From Polyangiaceae bacterium (GTDB taxonomy: Bacteria > Myxococcota_A > Polyangia > Polyangiales > Polyangiaceae): a DNA stretch of 64,000 bases. The stretch spans positions 896,001 to 960,000 of the forward strand of contig CBDCTZ010000016.1 in assembly GCA_965222375.1 (NCBI GenBank), read 5' to 3'. The first letter of the stretch is position 1. Each line of letters begins with the position of its first letter. Shown piece by piece: positions 19,972 through 30,214 of the stretch. Made by a program: the position numbers and the translations under genes. The notes beneath the pieces were generated by a model. It worked only from the letters and a program-made list of their open reading frames with translations. It was not told where the DNA came from and made no database searches.

Positions 19972-21024
19972 ATGGGATACTCGACGGCCACGCTGTGTCT
20001 TCTGTCCCTTGCTCTCGCCTGCTCGTCCCCCAAGTTCGAGGTCGTGGGGGACGGCGGCACCGACGCGGGTGGTGCTGGCGGTCAAGATGCCAGCGCGGGT
20101 GGCTCGAGCGGAAGCGGCGGCAGCTCGGCAAGCGGTGGCCTGGCGGGCGGCACGGCCACGGGTGGGCTGGCTGGAACTGCGGGCGCCGGTGGCGGCACGG
20201 GTGGCAACACCGGTTGCAACGGGCAGGAGGTCTGTGCGCCTCAGCTGCCCTCGGGTTGGTTCGGTCCCTTCGCAGTCGCCCGGCAACAAGGTGCCTTTGC
20301 TGAACCAACTTGTCCGGCGGGCTGGTCCAACGATCCGGCCTTCTCGGCGAATCAGAAGCTGCAGCCTGGTCCCTCCTGCTCCTGCACCTGTGGAGGCAGC
20401 GCCAGCTGCTCGGGCAAGATCGAGGTCACCGCTTTTGCGGAAACAGGAAGTTGCACGACCCCGTGTATCGGCCCTTTCACGCTGGACTCGAGCTGTCAGT
20501 TCCTTCCTAGCGGTTGCGGTTCCCGGATCCAGATTCAAGCGGCCACCATAGACAACAACTGCGATCCGCTTTCGACTTCCGTACCCGCGCCGAAGTGGGA
20601 CTTCAAGCTGACCAGCTGCGGTTCATCAGGCGGCGACCAATGCATCGACGGCGGGCTGTGCTTTCCGCGGGTTGACCCGCCCTTCAACCGAATCTGCATC
20701 GCGAAGCAGGGCGATGTTCCGTGCAGCGAGCCTGGTTACTCGAACAAAGAGCTCGGTCACAAGAATTACTCAGACACTCGCAAGTGCACAGGCAAGTGCA
20801 AGTGTGACGTTTTTGATCCCGGCACGGTCAACGTTCACCCCCAAGGAGGCTGCACTACGCCGGCGGCCAAGATCAAGGCGACGCAGGGCGTGCAATGCCA
20901 ACCCGGCGTCGACACCGGCCCGCTCAACTTCACCATGGGTGCGTGCAATTGCACGCCAAGCGGCTTGGGTACGACCGGCGCGGCAACGGCGACGAATCCC
21001 ATCACCTACTGCTGTACGACCTGA
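19972..21024 (+). CDS. Cys-rich lipoprotein with Gly/Ser linker (paralog B)
   Basis: Lipobox ALAC-SSPKFEV; ends PITYCCTT; Cys spacing collinear with paralog A. Confidence 0.8.
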   Translation: MGYSTATLCLLSLALACSSPKFEVVGDGGTDAGGAGGQDASAGGSSGSGGSSASGGLAGGTATGGLAGTAGAGGGTGGNTGCNGQEVCAPQLPSGWFGPFAVARQQGAFAEPTCPAGWSNDPAFSANQKLQPGPSCSCTCGGSASCSGKIEVTAFAETGSCTTPCIGPFTLDSSCQFLPSGCGSRIQIQAATIDNNCDPLSTSVPAPKWDFKLTSCGSSGGDQCIDGGLCFPRVDPPFNRICIAKQGDVPCSEPGYSNKELGHKNYSDTRKCTGKCKCDVFDPGTVNVHPQGGCTTPAAKIKATQGVQCQPGVDTGPLNFTMGACNCTPSGLGTTGAATATNPITYCCTT

Positions 21025-21336
21025 GCGAAGCTTGGCAGGTTCGACAAGAGCGTCGCGACTGGCGGGACTCCTCCCTTCGGACCCCCGCTGATTTGGTTTG
21101 AGGCTTGGGTGTCGGGGGTCGCATTCCTGCCGCACGTTGGGCCACTACTCTCGACTTGGGCCCGGCGTCGGCGCCGGCAAAAGGGATCAATGGTCGCGCA
21201 CGCAGCGCACGCGGTTTTCCGCCGTCCGGCTGTACCAAAGCTGAGGTCACGGAGTAGGTTGGGGCATGCACTAGCCGATGCACCACCAGACGCAGCAATC
21301 CCGTCTGCCCACGATTTCCAATGCTAAGCTAGTCGC

Positions 21337-22164
21337 ATGAGCTACGTCAGGGGCTTACATCTCCCCGCGCTGTTTTGCATTGGATTCGGGTTGGCGTTGC
21401 TGGGCTGCAGCGAGGACGCGTCGGACAGCACGCCCGGCGGCACGGGAGCGAGCAGCGGAGCCGGTGGAGTGGGCGCTGCAGGCTCCGGTGGCACCGCGGG
21501 TAGCGGCGGCACGGGTGGCGGAGGTGCTTCTGGCGGAGCCGGTGGTGGGCAAGCCGGTAGCTCCGGGAGCGCGGGCAGCGATGCGGGCGTGCCTGCGATG
21601 AGCTTCTTCGTGACCAGTGTTGGCAACGGTGCCAAGGGTGGCGACTACGGCGGTCTGAGCGGTGCCGACGCGCGTTGTCAGAGTCTTGCGGAGGCCGTGG
21701 GCAGCGTCGGACTCACTTGGCACGCTTACCTGAGCACGAACGGTGTCAACGGTGGCACCGCAGTGGACGCACGGGATCGGGTTGGTAGCGGTCCCTGGTA
21801 CAATTCTGCTGGCAAGTTGGTGGCGAAAGACGTGGCCGAGCTTCATGGTCCCAATGGTCTCGACCCCAGCCTGCTGATTGACGAAAAGGGCCAATCACCG
21901 CATCCGACCGTGCCAGGGCCCGAGCACGACATCCTGACGGGATCCAAGCAGGACGGTACAGCCCGCGCGAACCTCACCTGCAAGGACTGGACGTCGAGTT
22001 CGAGCGGAGACAAGGGCTGGGTTGGCCACACGGACTGGTCGCTGCGGGTGAACCCGCCGACCAAGGTCCAGTCCTGGAACTCGGTGCATTCATCCAACTG
22101 CGATGAGGCCGGGCTGAAAAAGAACTTCGGGACCGGGCGTTTGTACTGTTTCGCCATCGATTGA
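21337..22164 (+). CDS. Lipoprotein with endostatin/C-type-lectin-like (DUF1554-like) domain
   Basis: LLGC lipobox, Gly linker, SFFVTS..GGLSGADARCQ..AYLS..ARDRVGSGPW..HDILTGS..GRLYCFA. Confidence 0.75.
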   Translation: MSYVRGLHLPALFCIGFGLALLGCSEDASDSTPGGTGASSGAGGVGAAGSGGTAGSGGTGGGGASGGAGGGQAGSSGSAGSDAGVPAMSFFVTSVGNGAKGGDYGGLSGADARCQSLAEAVGSVGLTWHAYLSTNGVNGGTAVDARDRVGSGPWYNSAGKLVAKDVAELHGPNGLDPSLLIDEKGQSPHPTVPGPEHDILTGSKQDGTARANLTCKDWTSSSSGDKGWVGHTDWSLRVNPPTKVQSWNSVHSSNCDEAGLKKNFGTGRLYCFAID

Positions 22165-22200
22165 ATGCGGCGGACCTGCCTCGCATCAGAGGTGCGCACG

Positions 22201-23118
22201 ATGCTTTTGCTCGAACGTTCAAGTCGCTGGATTCTATTGGGCTCCATGGGCGCCGCCCTGGCCGGCCTAGCCGCATTGGGCTGCTCGTCGAGTGGCTCCG
22301 GGGGAGGCGGCAACGGCGCTTCTGCGGGCAGTGGAGCGACTGCTGGCAGCGGCGCGTCCGCCGGAAGCGGAGCGTCGGCCGGAAGCGGCGCTTCGGGTGG
22401 CAGTGGCGGTGCTGGTGCCTCGGGTGGAACGGGCGGCACCGCGACGGGTGGGAGCGCAGGCACCGGAGCGTCTGCCGGAACCGGTGGAACTGGAGGCAGC
22501 GGCGGCGTCGAGATCTGCAACAACGGCGTCGAAGACAATGGCGACCCCTACAAAGACTGTGATGACCCCCAGTGCTTCAACGACCCGGGCTGCATTGCTA
22601 CAGATCTCTCCAGTCTGAAGATGCCGGGCTACACCCAGTGCGGCAAGGCCGTCAGCTTCACCAACGCGGATTCGGATCAGGTCTGCCAGGACTATGCGCT
22701 ATCCAGCTTTCCCAGCTTTGGGTCGAAGTGCCAGTTCGCCACCTACGACGGAACCATCACGTTCTATTGTTCTCCGGCGAAAGACGCGATTGGCGTGCGC
22801 TGGGTCGTGCAGACTCAGGTGCCCTTCGAGACGATCGATGGCAAATACGTCATTTGGGAAAACCTCGGCGGCGAGTATCAGTTCCTCAACGGCGGCGGCT
22901 CGACCAATGGGCCACTGCACGGCGTTTTCGATATCGTTGGCAACACCGCATTGCACGAGCACTACGTCGGCTACGAGAAGCTGGGTGTGAAGGGCGATAC
23001 CAAGGGGACGCTCACGGAGTGGTTCGCACTGTGGGCCCAAACGGCCCCCGTCGCACCGCAAGTCGCTGGAGGGTTTTCCGTGGAGATCGACGCCGCCGCG
23101 CTATTCGGCGGAAAGTAA
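22201..23118 (+). CDS. Lipoprotein with GSGASA-repeat linker and Cys motif
   Basis: ALGC lipobox; EICNNGVEDNGDPYKDCDDPQC. Confidence 0.75.
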   Translation: MLLLERSSRWILLGSMGAALAGLAALGCSSSGSGGGGNGASAGSGATAGSGASAGSGASAGSGASGGSGGAGASGGTGGTATGGSAGTGASAGTGGTGGSGGVEICNNGVEDNGDPYKDCDDPQCFNDPGCIATDLSSLKMPGYTQCGKAVSFTNADSDQVCQDYALSSFPSFGSKCQFATYDGTITFYCSPAKDAIGVRWVVQTQVPFETIDGKYVIWENLGGEYQFLNGGGSTNGPLHGVFDIVGNTALHEHYVGYEKLGVKGDTKGTLTEWFALWAQTAPVAPQVAGGFSVEIDAAALFGGK

Positions 23119-23289
23119 CGTAGCCGGAGTTTCCGACCAGGGGCGATGCGTGAGCTTTCGGAGCGAGGGCTGGGCTGCGCGTGTTGCGCAGGGAGCCAGG
23201 GATCCGAACCGCCCCAAAAACCAGCTGCGGCCAATCGCTGAGGCTGCGGCCGAAACCACTCCATCTTTGGCGTCGTAGGCTTTGGACGC

Positions 23290-25410
23290 ATGGCTGCTTC
23301 GACGCGCGATCCTCTGAACCTGACCGGGACGGTTCTGGCCCAGAAGTACGAAATCGAGGAAGCCGTCGCCGAGGGCGGCTTTTCCATCGTCTACCGGGCC
23401 CGGCACAAGATTTGGAAAAAGCCCATTGCGATCAAGGTGTTCAATGCCTTGGCGCTGCCGCCCGGGGAGCTTCGAGATGCGCTCCAGGAGGCCTTTCTCA
23501 AGGAAGGTGCGCTGCTGGCGGAGCTGTCGAGCCTCTCGACGAGCATCGTTCAGGCCTGGGACGTGGGTACCCATACCAGTGAAGAAGGTAGTTGGTTTCC
23601 CTACCTCGTACTCGAGTGGCTCGAAGGCAAGGCTTTGGACCACGTGTTGGCCGAATGCCGCACGACGGATCGACCTTTGTTCACTCTCGGCGAGTGCATG
23701 CACTTGCTGGCACCTGTGGCGCACGCGCTCTCTCTGGCGCACAAGCGGGGAATCGCACATCGGGATTTGAAGCCCGAGAACGTCTTCGTGCTCGGCGACG
23801 TACGCGGTGATGGCGCGACCCTGAAGCTCCTCGACTTCGGTGTGGCCAAGGTCATGGACGAAAAAGTCGTGCGCGCTGCGTTGGCCAAAACCGGCGGCAC
23901 CATCAAGACCTTCACGCCTGAATACGGCGCACCCGAACAGTTCACGCGCTCCCGGGGCGCAACAGGGCCTTGGACGGACGTGTTCCAGCTGGCCTTGGTC
24001 ATGGTGGAGATGCTTAGCGGTACGCGCGCCCTGGTTGGCGCCAACACCGCCGAACTGGCGACGTGCTCCATTAACGCCGAGGTTCGACCGACTCCAAGGA
24101 ATCGCGGCACACTGCTACCAGGCGATATCGAGCACATTTTCGAACGCGCTCTGGCCGTGCAGCCCTCGGACCGCTACGAATCTGCCGCCGCCTTCTGGAG
24201 CGACCTGTCCGCTGCCGCCGAGGTGCGGACCGCCAGCAAGGGCTATTCGTCCCCGGCGCCGGTGTCACAACAGGTGCCGCCTTCCGCGGCGTCTTCCCGG
24301 GATAGCGTGGCGCTGCCGAGTAGTCCAGTTTCGCAGGCAGCCTCGGCCCCCTCCCACGAGGCGCCCCTGATCGCCATGACCGCAACAGAATCCGACACTC
24401 GGCACAGCGATCAACCGCAGGTGTACTCGAGCCCCGTAGTGAAGGCTCGGACGGTGATTCCCGTCGCGATCTGGATGGTTGGGCTGCTGGGGCTGGGGGC
24501 TTTGGGCGCGGTCGCGTTCTTCCTATGGCCCCGCGCTGAAGTGGCGAAGCTGCAGTCCGCGGCCGCCATCCCGCCAGATCTCTCCGGAGTGGCGCAACGC
24601 TTCCGCTGCCCGCCGGGCATGGTCAAGATCCCCGCTGGGCAGTTTTTCATGGGCTCTGACCTGGACGAGGCCACGCCCGCCGAAAAGCCTGCCTTTGCGG
24701 TGAAGCTGGACAGTTACTGCATCGATATCCACGAGGTCACCGTCGACCAATACTTGCAGTGCTCCAAGCAAGGTAAGTGCAAACGGCCTTCGACCACGGT
24801 TCGCTGGCCCAAGATCACGGACAAGCACAAGAAGACCTACTCAGAGGCCTGCAACGCCTCGGATCCGTCCCGGGGTAAGCACCCAATCAACTGCGTCGAC
24901 TACTTCATGGCCGAGCGCTATTGCGACATGCAGGGCGCTCGCCTGCCCACCGAGGCGGAGTGGGAGTTCGCTACGCGGGGTCCGGATGGGCGTGTCTACC
25001 CCTGGGGTGATGAGGCTCCCACCCCGTCCCACCTCAACGCTTGTGGAAGCGAGTGCGTGGCCTGGGGTGAGGAACGCGGGGAGCATTTCCCGGCCCTGTA
25101 TGAAGCGGACGACGGCTTTGCCACGACGGCTCCGGTCGGATCTTTTCCGAAAGGTGGGTCACGTTTTGGTCCCCAAGACGTGGCGGGAAATGTGTGGGAG
25201 TGGGTCGCCGACTGGCACGGTCCCTACGACAGCAAAGAAAAGACCAATCCTCGTGGACCCACCGAAGGCGAGCGCAAGGTGATCCGCGGCGGCGCCTTCA
25301 ATGGCAGCCAAGCCGGCTGGTTGCGCCCGAGCTTCCGCTACGCCCAGGAGCCCAGCGCCCTGTCCCACGGCATCGGTTTCCGGTGCGCTCGTAGCCTCGG
25401 AAAGCCCTGA
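23290..25410 (+). CDS. Ser/Thr protein kinase with TM helix and C-terminal FGE-sulfatase (SUMF1-like) domain
   Basis: HRDLKPEN, LLDFGVAK, YGAPEQ; RLPTEAEWEFA, GNVWEW, GFRCAR. Confidence 0.93.
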   Translation: MAASTRDPLNLTGTVLAQKYEIEEAVAEGGFSIVYRARHKIWKKPIAIKVFNALALPPGELRDALQEAFLKEGALLAELSSLSTSIVQAWDVGTHTSEEGSWFPYLVLEWLEGKALDHVLAECRTTDRPLFTLGECMHLLAPVAHALSLAHKRGIAHRDLKPENVFVLGDVRGDGATLKLLDFGVAKVMDEKVVRAALAKTGGTIKTFTPEYGAPEQFTRSRGATGPWTDVFQLALVMVEMLSGTRALVGANTAELATCSINAEVRPTPRNRGTLLPGDIEHIFERALAVQPSDRYESAAAFWSDLSAAAEVRTASKGYSSPAPVSQQVPPSAASSRDSVALPSSPVSQAASAPSHEAPLIAMTATESDTRHSDQPQVYSSPVVKARTVIPVAIWMVGLLGLGALGAVAFFLWPRAEVAKLQSAAAIPPDLSGVAQRFRCPPGMVKIPAGQFFMGSDLDEATPAEKPAFAVKLDSYCIDIHEVTVDQYLQCSKQGKCKRPSTTVRWPKITDKHKKTYSEACNASDPSRGKHPINCVDYFMAERYCDMQGARLPTEAEWEFATRGPDGRVYPWGDEAPTPSHLNACGSECVAWGEERGEHFPALYEADDGFATTAPVGSFPKGGSRFGPQDVAGNVWEWVADWHGPYDSKEKTNPRGPTEGERKVIRGGAFNGSQAGWLRPSFRYAQEPSALSHGIGFRCARSLGKP

Positions 25411-25422
25411 CTTGCTCGCGGC

Positions 25423-27780
25423 TCAGTGTGCGTGCGTCTGGTAGACGAAGACATCCAAGATGCTGCGAAGCGCCGAGACGGATTCGCGTTGTCGTGGCGA
25501 GCCTCGCACCACTAGGTCGGAGCGCTCGTCGTAGTCTTTGGTCCAGGCAAACGCCGAGACCCTTCCGGTCACTCGATCGAGTATCAAGTTCAGCTCCGGG
25601 GTGCGCGCAGACACGATGCCCAGAGGATCTCGATTCCGATGCTTGGCTTCCGTGACGTACATCTGCCCGAAGAGCAATTGGGGCCGTAGAGTCTTGCCAG
25701 CGGTGATCTCGGGAATCAACGAAAAGCCCCGAACCACCATAGGCGTCTTTCGGGAGATGACGTTTGCCAGGGTGGGCAGAATGTCCAGAGTCGAGCAGAG
25801 CCCGGAGAGCCGTCGCGCTCGGATGAAGCGCGCATTGAAGGCGAGGGGTACCTGCAGCACCACCGACGACAGGTCCATGCCATAGCCGGTGGTGGCGTGG
25901 CGTGGCAGGTCGAAACCCACGCCATGGTCGGCACTCATGACCACGAGGGCTTCGCCGGACAGTTCGTTCTGAACCGCCTCCAGCAGTCGGCCGACATGGC
26001 CATCCGTGAAGCTCAGCTCGGCGTCATAACGCTCCTCGGGCTTCTTGCCGTAGCGCGGTCCGCCTTTGGGCTCCGTGATGGGTGAATGCAGGTCGTAGTA
26101 GTGCACCCAAAGGAACAGCGGTTTGCTGCCACGCTGTCGCAGCGCCTGCAGTGCCGCGTCGGTGACTCGGTCCGCATTGAGGCTGTTGGCGTTCGTCCAG
26201 CCCTTGGAGGGCCCCTCGTCGACCTTGTTGAAGCCTTGGGTGATGCCCTTCCACCGCTTGCCGAAGTAGTAGTGGGGGATGACTGCAGCTGTCTCGTAGC
26301 CAGCGTCCCGCAGCACCTCCGCCATGGTGATGTTCTCGTCTTCAATCTCGAAGGGCTGACGCCCCTCGTTGCCGCGGGCGATTTCCGAATCGAATCGGGA
26401 GGTGAACATGCTGGGCAGAGACAGCCGCGTGGAGGGTCCCTGGCTGAAGCAGTTCTCGAACACCGCACTGGCCTTCATGAAAGCGTCGATCTTTGGTGCG
26501 GGATCGCGTTTCGCTCCAAAACTGGCCAGATGCCGCGGCGCGAAGGCGTCCAGGGTGATGAGCACGATGGGCGGCTTGTCCGGAAAGCCCTCGGGCAAGG
26601 CGTGGTCGAAACGCCCGCGGATGTCCTTGAGATCTCGCGTGGAGAGATCTTCTCCATCGCAGTTTTCGTCGACGCTGTTGCCGGGAATGTCGACCGCGCC
26701 GGCGTAGATCCTGGGGTTGGAGCCATCGCAGTCGCGGCCGCCGAAGCCATTCAGATGCCCGTCTCGATCGAAATCGAACGCCGCCACGAGCAAAGCATGG
26801 CCAAGCTTGCCGAAGTGAGTGCCGCGGCTCATGGCGTCCAGGGCTCCGCCGGACTCCGGCCCCAACTTGGTTCCGGAATGGAGGCCAAAGCCGAGCGTGG
26901 CGATCCAGGCCAGGCGGACAACCCAGCCCAGGGCGCGGATTCGACCGATCAGCGCGAGAAGCACGATCAGCAGCAAGGAGCCGAGTAGAGTGACGACACC
27001 GAAGAGCACGTCGCCAAAGGGCAAGTAGGGCAGCGCGAACCTGAGCAGGTAGGCGCCCGCGCCGGCGGCCACCAGCACACTGAGCAGCACGCCCGCAGCA
27101 ATGCGGCGCGGCGTGCGAGCTGGCACACCCAGAAAAGGAATGCGCCCGAAGTGATGGATCAGAAAGCGCATCCATGCGTGCAGTGCCGGCCACAGCACGA
27201 CCGCCGCCACTGCGAAGCCCAAATGCGCGCTGGCTACCACCAGAGCCGCGTTGATGGGTCGCACGACATGAATCACCGTTTCCCGGGTCGCCAGGGTCGA
27301 GCAGAGCAGCGCCGCAGCCGTGATCAACAGTCCGCTGACGATACTGGCGCTATGCCTCGTGCGCGTCGCCGCGTCCTCTGGCGACAGATACGCCCATACG
27401 TTCTTCGCGGCCCTTGCAAGCAGTGCCCAGAAGCGCCACACGGGCTCACGAGTTCGCGTGGCCCACACTGCAGCGAGAGGCAGCGCCACCAGGGCTGCAA
27501 CCAGTGCCGACAGAAAGAGACCCGCCGCTGCGCCCGTAGCGAACAGCCCGTCCAGCACCGCATAGCGCGCCAACCCCGCCTGGTCATATAGCCAGGCACA
27601 GAGCGCTACGCACTGGCCCCAGGCGAGCACGCTGTGCGCTGCTCGCCAGCGGCTGCGCTTCGCCGCGGTGCGAGGGCTAACGCTCGCACCCGCAGATGTT
27701 GCGGAGTTTGGCTCGCTTGCCACCGTGTTCCCCGGCGGCAAGCCCGCGTCGGATGAGCCGTGGGTCATGGACTGCGCCAA
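25423..27780 (-). CDS. Membrane-anchored sulfatase-like (alkaline phosphatase superfamily) protein with MopE-like metal-binding motif
   Basis: N-terminal TM bundle; DCDGSNPRIYAGAVDIPGNSVDENCDG; IVLITLD, WVHYYDLH, SADHG. Confidence 0.85.
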   Translation of the reverse strand: MAQSMTHGSSDAGLPPGNTVASEPNSATSAGASVSPRTAAKRSRWRAAHSVLAWGQCVALCAWLYDQAGLARYAVLDGLFATGAAAGLFLSALVAALVALPLAAVWATRTREPVWRFWALLARAAKNVWAYLSPEDAATRTRHSASIVSGLLITAAALLCSTLATRETVIHVVRPINAALVVASAHLGFAVAAVVLWPALHAWMRFLIHHFGRIPFLGVPARTPRRIAAGVLLSVLVAAGAGAYLLRFALPYLPFGDVLFGVVTLLGSLLLIVLLALIGRIRALGWVVRLAWIATLGFGLHSGTKLGPESGGALDAMSRGTHFGKLGHALLVAAFDFDRDGHLNGFGGRDCDGSNPRIYAGAVDIPGNSVDENCDGEDLSTRDLKDIRGRFDHALPEGFPDKPPIVLITLDAFAPRHLASFGAKRDPAPKIDAFMKASAVFENCFSQGPSTRLSLPSMFTSRFDSEIARGNEGRQPFEIEDENITMAEVLRDAGYETAAVIPHYYFGKRWKGITQGFNKVDEGPSKGWTNANSLNADRVTDAALQALRQRGSKPLFLWVHYYDLHSPITEPKGGPRYGKKPEERYDAELSFTDGHVGRLLEAVQNELSGEALVVMSADHGVGFDLPRHATTGYGMDLSSVVLQVPLAFNARFIRARRLSGLCSTLDILPTLANVISRKTPMVVRGFSLIPEITAGKTLRPQLLFGQMYVTEAKHRNRDPLGIVSARTPELNLILDRVTGRVSAFAWTKDYDERSDLVVRGSPRQRESVSALRSILDVFVYQTHAH

Positions 27781-27880
27781 CCATTGCTCGGGGGGATGCG
27801 TTCGGGCAAGTCAGAACCTCTGCCAACGGCGCTGCTCACCGGGCTTCCACTGGGACGGCGCTCTGGTATCGTGCCCGCGC

Positions 27881-28624
27881 ATGGCCGCTTCAGCGCCCGC
27901 CGCAGGCGAAAATACGCTCATCGTCACGCCCACTTACAACGAGCGTTACAATTTGCCGCTGTTCGCCCGGGCAACCTTGGAAGTTGCGCCCAAGGCACAC
28001 TTGCTCATCGTCGATGACGCATCGCCGGACGGCACGGGCGCGGTTGCCGAGGAGTTGGCCGCCGACGACGAGCGCATTTCCGTGCTGCACCGGGCGGGCA
28101 AGCTGGGCCTGGGCACGGCCTACATCGAAGGCTTCCAGCGCGGGCTCGAGCAAGGTTACGACTACTTCCTGGAGATGGACACGGATCTGTCTCATGACCC
28201 GAACTACCTGCCTGCGTTCTTCAAGGCCTTCAGCGACGGGGCGCAATTGGTCATTGGTTCCCGCAACGTGCGGGGTGGCGGGGTGGAGGGCTGGGGGCTG
28301 GGTCGGCACGTGTTGTCGAAAGGGGGCTCCCTGTACGCGCGCAGCATCTTGGGCGTGAAGGTGCGTGACCTCACCAGCGGCTACAAGGGCTACACGCGTC
28401 GCGCTTTGGACTGCATCGACCTGTCGAGCATCGACTCGAATGGCTACTCATTTCAGATCGAAACGACCTACCGTGCTCTGCGCCAGGGCATGCAAGTGGC
28501 TGAGGTCCCCATCGTGTTCGTGGATCGCCGCGCTGGCGAAAGCAAAATGAGCCGGCGCATTTTTGCAGAAGCCGTCGTGATGGTGTGGAAGCTTCGGCTT
28601 TCGGCCCTGCGCGGCGAGATCTGA
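27881..28624 (+). CDS. Polyprenol monophosphomannose synthase-like GT2 (Ppm1/Dpm1 family)
   Basis: VTPTYNER, VDDASPDGTG, GKLGLGTAY, MDTDLSH, GYSFQIE, FVDRRAGESKM. Confidence 0.9.
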   Translation: MAASAPAAGENTLIVTPTYNERYNLPLFARATLEVAPKAHLLIVDDASPDGTGAVAEELAADDERISVLHRAGKLGLGTAYIEGFQRGLEQGYDYFLEMDTDLSHDPNYLPAFFKAFSDGAQLVIGSRNVRGGGVEGWGLGRHVLSKGGSLYARSILGVKVRDLTSGYKGYTRRALDCIDLSSIDSNGYSFQIETTYRALRQGMQVAEVPIVFVDRRAGESKMSRRIFAEAVVMVWKLRLSALRGEI

Positions 28625-28627
28625 ATC

Positions 28628-30214
28628 GTGCCTCCGCCTTCAAGCTACCGAAGGGAACTGTTGTGGGCCCTTCTGGTGCTCGGGGTGTTGGCGTACTCCA
28701 CGATGTATCCCGGCATCGGTGCGCCCAATGAGCGCTCACGTTTGTATTTGGCCGTTGCGCTGATCGACACCGGTAGCCTGAGTATCGACGAACCCGTGCG
28801 CAGGTTTGGCCATATCTTCGATACAGCCACCTTTGGCGGCCAGCTGTTTTCAGACAAGGCGCCGGGCTCTAGCTTTCTCGCGGCCGGGCTCTACGCGGTG
28901 GCCAAGTGGCTGTCGGCACCCGACGTGCTCGGCATCGAGGCGCTGCTCTCACTGATGCGGCGGGGCTTGATGGTGCCCCTGGGCGTGGCGGGCTTCTTGC
29001 TGTTGCGCAGTGTGTTGCGTCGCACTGGTGTGGTGCAACCGGTCGTCGACCTGTGCTCTCTTGGCTGGATCCTCGGTAGCGCCGCGTTTCACTACAGCAC
29101 GGCGTTCTTCGGCCACCAGATTGTCGCCACGGCACTCTTGCTGGCCCTTCGCCTCACCATGGCTGCGGAGAGCTGTGGCGCCGGGCACAGTTGGCGAAAG
29201 CTGCTCTTGGCTTGGGGCGCCGGAGCCTCGGCCGGCTTGGCGGGTCTGACCGAATATCAAGCCGGCATTCCTGCCGCGCTGCTTGCGGTGTACGTCGTTG
29301 CCGGCCCGCTGCGGCGCCGCGGCTTGGGCGTTCTGAGTTTCGCGCTCGGCGCGCTGCCCTTTCTGCTGCTCTTGGGCTGGTACAACGACAAGGCGTTCGG
29401 TGGCCCGCTGGAGCTTTCCTATCACTACCTGACGAACCCGAGCCTGCATCAGATCCACACCCAAGGGATCGGAGGCGTGACGGTGCCGCAGTGGGAGAGC
29501 TTTGAAGGCGGCGTGCTGAGCTTGCACCGAGGCTTGTTGGGCTCGAGCCCGATGTTCGCCTTTGCCATCTTGGGCGTGCCGCGCATGTGGAAAGTCGTCG
29601 GGCCGCGCCTGACGCTGCTGCTAACCGCTACGTCTTTCTACTACTTGGCGTTCATCTCCAGCTCCAATATGTGGTTCGCGGGCTGGGGGTTCGGCCCGCG
29701 CTTGCTGGTTCCCGCCCTCGGCTGGATGAGCGTGTTGGTCGCCCACGGCGCGCAGAGTGTGCTGCGCTGGCCCATCGGGGACGGGCTGTTTCGGGGCAGC
29801 GTGTTGGTCGGCGTCGTGGTGTGTCAGGCGATGCAGGCGTTCTTCGCGGAGCCGCCGGAGACCATGACGAATCCAATCATGGACGTCGCCGTCGTGCTGT
29901 ATCGCGCTGAGCTGGTCGCACCTAATCTCACTCGCGCCGCCCTGGGTGATCTATGGAGCCTGGCACCGCTTGCGGTGGCGCTGGCGCTGATCCTGGGTTA
30001 CCTGCTGTTGTTTCGTGGTACGCCGCGCCGGCCGCTCTTCCGCCCCCTCGTGCCCGTGCTGGCACTCGCGTTGCTGCCCGCGTTTTTCGGTGTCGTCCGC
30101 TCAAAGGGGCCATCTTTCAGCGAGCGAAAGCAGTCGGACTTCGTTCGCTTCGTGCGCCGCGTGGACACCGGCAGAATCCGAACTCCGGGCGCTATCAGGC
30201 CCTTGCGCCCGTGA
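28628..30214 (+). CDS. Multi-pass membrane protein, putative GT-C glycosyltransferase
   Basis: PNERSR, SDKAPG, WGFGPRLL motifs; directly follows the polyprenol-P GT2. Confidence 0.6.
   Translation: MPPPSSYRRELLWALLVLGVLAYSTMYPGIGAPNERSRLYLAVALIDTGSLSIDEPVRRFGHIFDTATFGGQLFSDKAPGSSFLAAGLYAVAKWLSAPDVLGIEALLSLMRRGLMVPLGVAGFLLLRSVLRRTGVVQPVVDLCSLGWILGSAAFHYSTAFFGHQIVATALLLALRLTMAAESCGAGHSWRKLLLAWGAGASAGLAGLTEYQAGIPAALLAVYVVAGPLRRRGLGVLSFALGALPFLLLLGWYNDKAFGGPLELSYHYLTNPSLHQIHTQGIGGVTVPQWESFEGGVLSLHRGLLGSSPMFAFAILGVPRMWKVVGPRLTLLLTATSFYYLAFISSSNMWFAGWGFGPRLLVPALGWMSVLVAHGAQSVLRWPIGDGLFRGSVLVGVVVCQAMQAFFAEPPETMTNPIMDVAVVLYRAELVAPNLTRAALGDLWSLAPLAVALALILGYLLLFRGTPRRPLFRPLVPVLALALLPAFFGVVRSKGPSFSERKQSDFVRFVRRVDTGRIRTPGAIRPLRP

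Noticed and set aside
21080..21120. Inverted repeat GACCCCCG/CGGGGGTC after the Cys-rich lipoproteins
   Set aside because: 8-bp GC stem with a long loop and no U-tract; too weak to call a terminator or repeat
23290..27780. FGE domain acting as maturase for the adjacent sulfatase
   Set aside because: The sulfatase-like protein lacks C/S-x-P-x-R; the FGE-like domain lacks the catalytic Cys pair and follows a kinase TM helix, so it is probably a sensor
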